Below are positions 15,230-20,000 of a DNA stretch of 20,000 nucleotides, one piece after another. The notes under the pieces were generated by a model, which worked only from the letters and a program-made list of their open reading frames with translations, was not told where the DNA came from and made no database searches. Location: IMG/VR virus record IMGVR_UViG_3300034155_000028; one strand, given 5' to 3'. Within the stretch, counting starts at the first letter, position 1. Each line of letters begins with the position of its first letter. The translations under genes were made by a program, and so were the position numbers. Origin of the DNA: an uncultured virus (IMG/VR IMGVR_UViG_3300034155_000028). Its lineage: Duplodnaviria > Heunggongvirae > Uroviricota > Caudoviricetes.

Positions 15230-15403
15230 CTACCCTTTGAACGCAATATCCAATGAATGATTGTCTACAGACATCTCTTCCAATTCCCCTGTAGAAGATT
15301 CTTGGAAACCAGTATTCAATACCAATTCCCCATCCCCACTTTCCGAAACAGTAGCATTCGGGAAATATTTTCGCAATACTACCATTATTTCTTCTATACG
15401 CAT
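15230..15403 (-). CDS. Hypothetical protein (57 aa)
   Basis: AAGGAGACGGCC-ATG; MRIEEIMVVLRKYFPNATVSESGDGELVLNTGF...KG*. Confidence 0.75.
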   Translation of the reverse strand: MRIEEIMVVLRKYFPNATVSESGDGELVLNTGFQESSTGELEEMSVDNHSLDIAFKG

Positions 15404-15481
15404 GGCCGTCTCCTTGTGTTTTTACCAAAGAAATTCTTATTATTAAAATTGCTTTGGTAAAAATTCAAAGACCTATATATA

Positions 15482-15520
15482 CCTAAAGGCCCTGAGAGAT
15501 TATTCTCCCAAGGCCCTAGG
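15482..15520 (-). terminator. Strong hairpin, probable terminator or RNA-processing stem
   Basis: CCTAGGGCCTTGGGAGA-ATAA-TCTCTCAGGGCCTTTAGG; mismatches become G.U pairs on the minus strand; no clear U-run. Confidence 0.5.
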
Positions 15521-15674
15521 TTTCTTACACTCCCAGTTTAGTGCCAGAGTGTTTATCAGAGGTTCTTACCTAAAGATAAAATATTTCTTTGGTAAAAACA
15601 AAACTTGTTGTAAAATTATTATAACTTTACAGACCCATGTGCCACCTTCCTCTCCCACTAAAATAAATTAGTGC

Positions 15675-15905
15675 TCAATAGTTGGGGTAAAACCCAGCGG
15701 TGTCTACAATTCTCCTTGCCTTATATAAAGCCGCCAACGCAACTTTATATTCTTCCATAAGCTTTACATCGTTTGGATTCCCATCCCTACCATACAATAA
15801 TGAAGCAAGATGCCTCCAACTATTATATGATGATTCCAGCTTTGCCTGAAGTTGTGCCTCACTAGGAGGTTTACTTCTAGAAATTTTGTGCTTTTGGATA
15901 TACAT
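15675..15905 (-). CDS. Hypothetical protein (76 aa)
   Basis: Start moved to ATG 15905 with GGGAGG RBS. Confidence 0.75.
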   Translation of the reverse strand: MYIQKHKISRSKPPSEAQLQAKLESSYNSWRHLASLLYGRDGNPNDVKLMEEYKVALAALYKARRIVDTAGFYPNY

Positions 15906-15929
15906 AAACCTCCCATATCCTACAACGCC

Positions 15930-15960
15930 AAAAAGCCCTAGGGACAATTATCCCTAGAGC
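15930..15960 (-). terminator. Rho-independent terminator
   Basis: GCTCTAGGGA-TAATTG-TCCCTAGGGC-TTTTT immediately after the 387-aa gene. Confidence 0.8.
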
Positions 15961-15977
15961 TCCTTGACTATCCTAAC

Positions 15978-17141
15978 TTACGCCGCTTTACGAGAAACCG
16001 CAGCGTCAATCTGTGCTTGGGTGATGCCCTCAGCTGCCAAGTCTTCCGTAAACTTGACAATATTCTTGCAAGGAACATTCCCCTGCAAACTTGCAACTAC
16101 CATCGTCCACTTGTATGCCAGCCGCTTGGCCGACATAATCTCAGCAACCGACTTTCCAGCCGATGTTGCCGCATCACCAGCAGCTTTGCTGGCTTCATTC
16201 GCCAACTTCCACACGTTTCCAGAAGCTTCCTTTGCCTCTGGTGCCATCTTAGGCTCGCCGGCCGGTGCTTTCCCAGCAACAACCGGCTTACCAGCCGTCT
16301 TCAATTGCCAAGGAAGTTGTCCAGCTGCTTTCTTGGCAAGATATTCTTCCTTGGGTAGACGGCCGGCTTTGGCCGGTCGTTCAGGCATCTCATTCTTTTC
16401 AATCTTACGACCCAATTCCCTTCGGTCACCCTCCCCAGCTACGGCCCGACGAATTGTCGGGTCAACAACCTCTGGGAAAAGCGAGATAATATTGACCGAG
16501 TGTGGTCCCTGGGGAACTTGCACATAAGCCCCTAGAGCATTGTGAGACTTCATTAGGGCATCAACCCCAATCCTGAAAACTGTATTGGCATCTCGGTTAT
16601 TCTGAATTCCAGAAACCATCATCTGGCTGATGGCCGAATTCGCAATCTTGCACCAGGCTGCTCGGTCAGACCACGGTGTGATGATCCCATTGTCACACCT
16701 AGGAACACCCGGTAGCTCAGGGATAACCATCTCAGGAAGATCCTCACCCTCAGGTAGCTCATCTTCCTCCACCATTGGAAACCCGTCAAGATCAAAACCC
16801 GAATCTTCTGGAGGAACTTCACTCAATGGGGCCGTTCGGCCGGTATCCAATTCCAGTGCTGCTGGAGGGGGAACGATAACCGGCTGAGCAACCGGTGGAA
16901 GAGCTTGGGTGATAGCTGGAACCGAAGCAATAATCGGCTTGACGGCCGGGGTAACAACTGGCACCACCTCGCTAATCTCCCAGCTTGGGGGGAGAGTAGC
17001 TCCCATTGCTACCAAAGTATCTTCCACTGCCTTAATAGCCGACTTACGGTGCTTTCCAGTTCCAGAGATCCATTGTCCCTGGTACTTTACTGCTGCCACG
17101 AAAGAGAACTTCGCCAACTTCTTGATTGTTAGTGTTGCCAT
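15978..17141 (-). CDS. GC-rich orphan protein (387 aa) with Pro-rich/acidic linker and Ala/Lys-rich C-terminus
   Basis: Long ORF; ATG 17141 preceded by GGAG RBS; own terminator; no family recognised. Confidence 0.85.
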   Translation of the reverse strand: MATLTIKKLAKFSFVAAVKYQGQWISGTGKHRKSAIKAVEDTLVAMGATLPPSWEISEVVPVVTPAVKPIIASVPAITQALPPVAQPVIVPPPAALELDTGRTAPLSEVPPEDSGFDLDGFPMVEEDELPEGEDLPEMVIPELPGVPRCDNGIITPWSDRAAWCKIANSAISQMMVSGIQNNRDANTVFRIGVDALMKSHNALGAYVQVPQGPHSVNIISLFPEVVDPTIRRAVAGEGDRRELGRKIEKNEMPERPAKAGRLPKEEYLAKKAAGQLPWQLKTAGKPVVAGKAPAGEPKMAPEAKEASGNVWKLANEASKAAGDAATSAGKSVAEIMSAKRLAYKWTMVVASLQGNVPCKNIVKFTEDLAAEGITQAQIDAAVSRKAA

Positions 17142-17237
17142 TGTCTTACTCCGTTTCTCAGAACCTTGGAGAATGATTGGACTGAACACAGCTCATGTTG
17201 CCTCGGAAATCGAAGCCGGCCGTTCAGTGCAACCGAT

Positions 17238-17325
17238 GTGATTCGATTGTTACATTATACTAAACTTAGTATCTAACATGTTGTATTAGATAGTAAGTAT
17301 TAGATTCGAGCAACGAACGAATCAC
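17238..17325. other. Long imperfect inverted repeat upstream of the 387-aa gene
   Basis: GTGATTCG/CGAATCAC outer arms, ACTTAGTATCTAA/TTAGATAGTAAGT inner arms; contains a minus-strand TATAAT at 17254-17259. Confidence 0.65.
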
Positions 17326-17467
17326 TTCCTATGTTACCTCCGAAATCTAGATTATAGGGCCGAGACTATAGTCTAGGGCATTGGGCCGGTTTTAGGGGGT
17401 ATTGGGGGATTGGACCGGCCAACCGGCTTGGCGCTCCCCGTTTAAGGGTTCTGGCACAAAATCTATA

Positions 17468-17729
17468 CTTCTTTGGTAATCTATAGCTCTAATAATCATC
17501 CTTGGTAAAAGTATTCTCTCTATAGGATAAATCTTCTTCTAATAACATTCTTCTTTGGTAAAATTCTATATAGGGCAATCTAAATAATCTCTTCTTTGGT
17601 AAAATTCTCTCTATAGGATAATAGCATCTTCTCTATATAGGATAAACCTCTTCTTTGGTAATTTATATAGGGTAAATAATTTCTCTCTATGGTAATCTCT
17701 TCTTCTAATAACATTCTCTTCTTTGGTAA
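17468..17729. repeat. Iteron-like array of CTTCTTTGGTAA
   Basis: Exact copies at 17468, 17550, 17591, 17650 and 17718; degenerate copies near 17498 and 17684; interleaved with CTCTATAGGATAA-like and TTCTAATAACATTC repeats. Confidence 0.85.
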
Positions 17730-17922
17730 AGCTCTCTCTATATATAATAAATCTTATTTTGTTTTGGTGTTTTCATTTCTCTTTCTCTATATGTTAAATA
17801 TCTTCTATTGGTATTTATTTGTATAATTTTTTTATTTATTATATTTTTACCAAAGAAGGTTTATTTATTTTATTCCAGGCGAGATGGAAAAATCAAAAAT
17901 AACTACGTTAATTTTTTTGGGG

Positions 17923-17951
17923 TTGACATTTGGGATTTGGCATGATAGGAT
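17923..17951 (+). promoter_or_regulatory. sigma70-type promoter
   Basis: TTGACA (17923-17928), N17, TAGGAT (17946-17951) with extended -10 TG, about 80 nt before the first rightward gene. Confidence 0.7.
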
Positions 17952-18031
17952 GACTGTTTGAAGATATGATAAAAGACCAATGAAAACGGGAAGATAGGGA
18001 ATGTGGTGGGCGGGGATAGAAGGAGAAGAAG

Positions 18032-18754
18032 ATGGAAAACTGGTATAATAAATCGAGGGTAGAGGTATTAAGCGAAGGATTTATAAGGGAGAATGCGGAT
18101 AAAGTAATATGGGAATATATATGTTCCAATCAAAAGCTTAGTGAAGAATTTATTAGAGAGTTTTTTAATAGGGTAGATTGGGAATATATATCGATAAGTC
18201 AAAAATTAAGTGAGGGATTTATTAGAGAATTTTCTAATAAAGTAGATTGGGAGTGTATAGCAGAATATCAAAAACTAAGTGAAGGATTTATTAGAGAAAA
18301 TTCTAATAAATTAAATTTTGGATATATAGCAAAATATCAAAAACTGAGTCTAGAATTCATTAAAGAATATAATTTAGAAATACCGGAAACAAATTGGTTA
18401 TATAAGGATAAAGAATATAAGAGAGAATATATAATAAAGAATACATCATATGAGATAAATGGGGATAAGGTAATAGCATATAAGACATGTAGGGCAGATG
18501 GATATTCGTGTTATAATTTCCAATATTTATATAGGGTTGGGGGAGAATATGAGAGTCATGCAAATTATAATATAGATGAGGAAGATAGTTTTGGGATATC
18601 GGCATGGACAAAGAGGAGTGCATTAGGATATTATAATTGTGGTAAATTATTTAAGGTAGAGATAGATTTGGAAGACATAGCAGCAATAGTACAAATTGGT
18701 AATAAGATAAGGGCAAGTAGAATAAAGATATTGGAAGAGGAAATAAAATGTTAA
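18032..18754 (+). CDS. Tryptophan-repeat family protein with C-terminal globular domain
   Basis: Four-plus 23-aa repeats (QKLSE.FIRE...VDW..I), then AYK...Y..G..YE....SFGISAW...KIRASRIKILEE; AAGGAG RBS. Confidence 0.85.
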   Translation: MENWYNKSRVEVLSEGFIRENADKVIWEYICSNQKLSEEFIREFFNRVDWEYISISQKLSEGFIREFSNKVDWECIAEYQKLSEGFIRENSNKLNFGYIAKYQKLSLEFIKEYNLEIPETNWLYKDKEYKREYIIKNTSYEINGDKVIAYKTCRADGYSCYNFQYLYRVGGEYESHANYNIDEEDSFGISAWTKRSALGYYNCGKLFKVEIDLEDIAAIVQIGNKIRASRIKILEEEIKC

Positions 18755-19686
18755 AATTAGAAGATATAGGATTTTTAGAAATAATAGAAGAGAGGGCAAA
18801 GGGAATAGGAGGGGGGAAGATATCATATTGTGAATGGATAATAACTAGTAATTGTAATTTTGGGTGTCCATATTGCAATAGATTAGAGAATAAGGATTTA
18901 GGAATAGAGAAGATAGGTAAGATAATAGAGACATTGCGGGATAATGGATGTAAATATATACATTTAACGGGAGGGGAGCCGACGACTCGGGGAGATTTAT
19001 TGGAGATAATAGGGAAGATAAGGGAAGCTGGGATAAGGGTAGGGATCTCCACGAATGGGTCAAAGGATCTTGAATATTATAAAGATTTAGTAGATAGGGG
19101 AGTAGAATTATTTTCTATATCATTAGATGTACATCGTGGGGACATGAATAAGAAGTTTACGATGGTGGGGAATATATTTGATGTGGTAGTGGGGAATATA
19201 AGGGAATTGAGTAAGTTAGTATATGTAAATGTGGGAATAGTATTTAATGATAATAACATAGGGGAGTATAGGGAGATAATAAAATATATAAGTGATCTTG
19301 GGGTAGGGGATATAAGGATAATGACGGCGACGCAATATAATAAAGTGGGTAGATATGAGATAGGGGAGGATATATTGGGGAAGCATCCTATATTGAGGTA
19401 CAGGGTAGAGAACTTTAATAATGGAAGAAACATGAGGGGGAGTGGATTAGCGAAGACGGGAAAGTGTCATTTAGTAAGGGATGACATAACGATATATGGA
19501 GAGGAATATTATTCATGTGCAGTATATGTAAGGGAGGGAGGGAGGGCAATAGGGAATATATTTGAGGGGATAGATCGGGAGGGATGGTTTAGGGGGCATG
19601 ACAGTCATGGGGATGAGATATGTAGGGAGTACTGTATGGATTTCAAGTGTAGATTTAATGATCGGGTAGAGGAGTTGGTGGGTTAA
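18748..19686 (+). CDS. Radical SAM protein (MoaA/SPASM-twitch-like)
   Basis: CNFGCPYC (CxxxCxxC), LTGGEPT, ISTNGS, SISLD and a C-terminal Cys cluster (C..C..CREYCMDFKC). Confidence 0.92.
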   Translation: MLKLEDIGFLEIIEERAKGIGGGKISYCEWIITSNCNFGCPYCNRLENKDLGIEKIGKIIETLRDNGCKYIHLTGGEPTTRGDLLEIIGKIREAGIRVGISTNGSKDLEYYKDLVDRGVELFSISLDVHRGDMNKKFTMVGNIFDVVVGNIRELSKLVYVNVGIVFNDNNIGEYREIIKYISDLGVGDIRIMTATQYNKVGRYEIGEDILGKHPILRYRVENFNNGRNMRGSGLAKTGKCHLVRDDITIYGEEYYSCAVYVREGGRAIGNIFEGIDREGWFRGHDSHGDEICREYCMDFKCRFNDRVEELVG

Positions 19687-19723
19687 TTGGTATTATATTT
19701 TTACCAAAGAAAGAATTTATATT

Positions 19724-19796
19724 ATGTTAAATGAAGATAGTTGGAATTATGAATCGAGAAAGGGCATATTAAGTGAGGATGAGATAAGGGAAAACA
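19724..19796 (+). pseudogene. 5' fragment of a second Trp-repeat gene, interrupted by an insertion
   Basis: MLNEDSWNYESRKGILSEDEIREN resembles MENWYNKSRVEVLSEGFIREN of 18032; similarity and purine-rich composition end abruptly at 19797. Confidence 0.65.
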
Positions 19797-20000
19797 GTCA
19801 TAACCCCACCAAGCTTACAGCTTGGAAGGGGCTTGTTAGAGTCATTTAATGCCAAATTTAGTACATAAACAAGTTAAATCAATGACTAGAGTATCCGGTC
19901 TTCCTACTCGTAAGAGTAGGAAGATACAGGAAACTGAATCATCTTCCTGTGGCAAGGAGCAATATATTTCTAATGTTTCTCTAGTTGGAAATCCCTATGA
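19797..20000 (+). mobile_element. Probable IS200/IS605 element end carrying an IscB/IsrB omegaRNA (HEARO-like) scaffold; truncated by the window
   Basis: GTCATAACCCCACC-AAGCT TAC AGCTT-GGAAGGGGCTTG ... CAAG ... ATGACTAGAG ... TAATGTTTCTCTAGTTGG matches the recalled GTCAACxACCCC..GGGGCTTG..GTTGACxAG..GATGCTTCxCxAGT layout; the nuclease ORF is not visible. Confidence 0.7.

Noticed and set aside
15198..15428. 76-aa ORF from the track
   Set aside because: It is in the wrong frame; the RBS supports 15230..15403 and 15067..15222 instead.
1078..17241. Plus-strand ORFs in the track between 1078 and 17241
   Set aside because: They are antisense shadows of tightly packed minus-strand genes or tRNAs, with no RBS and atypical composition.
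17468..17729. CRISPR array
   Set aside because: The repeat is only about 12 bp, spacing is irregular, the 'spacers' are themselves repetitive, and no cas genes are seen.
18068..18370. Diversity-generating retroelement TR/VR pair
   Set aside because: These are ordinary in-frame 69-bp coding repeats, differences are not confined to adenines, and no reverse transcriptase is in view.
17908..19433. Minus-strand ORFs opposite the Trp-repeat and radical SAM genes
   Set aside because: They are antisense shadows caused by the purine-rich coding strand.
1..20000. Stop-codon reassignment (alternative genetic code)
   Set aside because: Genes tile densely under code 11; TAG and TGA both terminate genes at sensible boundaries, and no canonical suppressor tRNA is present.

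Overview
This is an AT-rich segment of a large (probably jumbo) tailed-phage genome. Positions 1-17141 are a leftward (minus-strand) arm of about 55 mostly tiny hypothetical genes. The recognisable ones are a P22 gp17-like protein, a HAD 'Swiss-army-knife' RNA-repair-type phosphatase and a minimal CCA/poly(A)-polymerase-type nucleotidyltransferase. Four intact tRNAs (Ile-UAU, Arg-UCU, CAU, Leu-CAA) are interspersed, along with one chimeric Ile-UAU tRNA with a broken acceptor stem and one tRNA-like gene with perfect stems but a 14-nt anticodon loop. A GC-rich 387-aa orphan gene heads this arm. A non-coding divergence zone (about 17190-17920) contains hairpins and an iteron-like array of CTTCTTTGGTAA. 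The same motif is scattered in both orientations through intergenic gaps across the window (about 25 copies in total), often as inverted pairs upstream of ribosome-binding sites. A sigma70 promoter then drives a rightward Trp-repeat gene and a radical SAM gene. A second Trp-repeat gene is interrupted at 19797 by what looks like the end/omegaRNA (HEARO-like) of an IS200/IS605 IscB-type element running off the window. Family calls come from motif recognition by eye, not from database searches.
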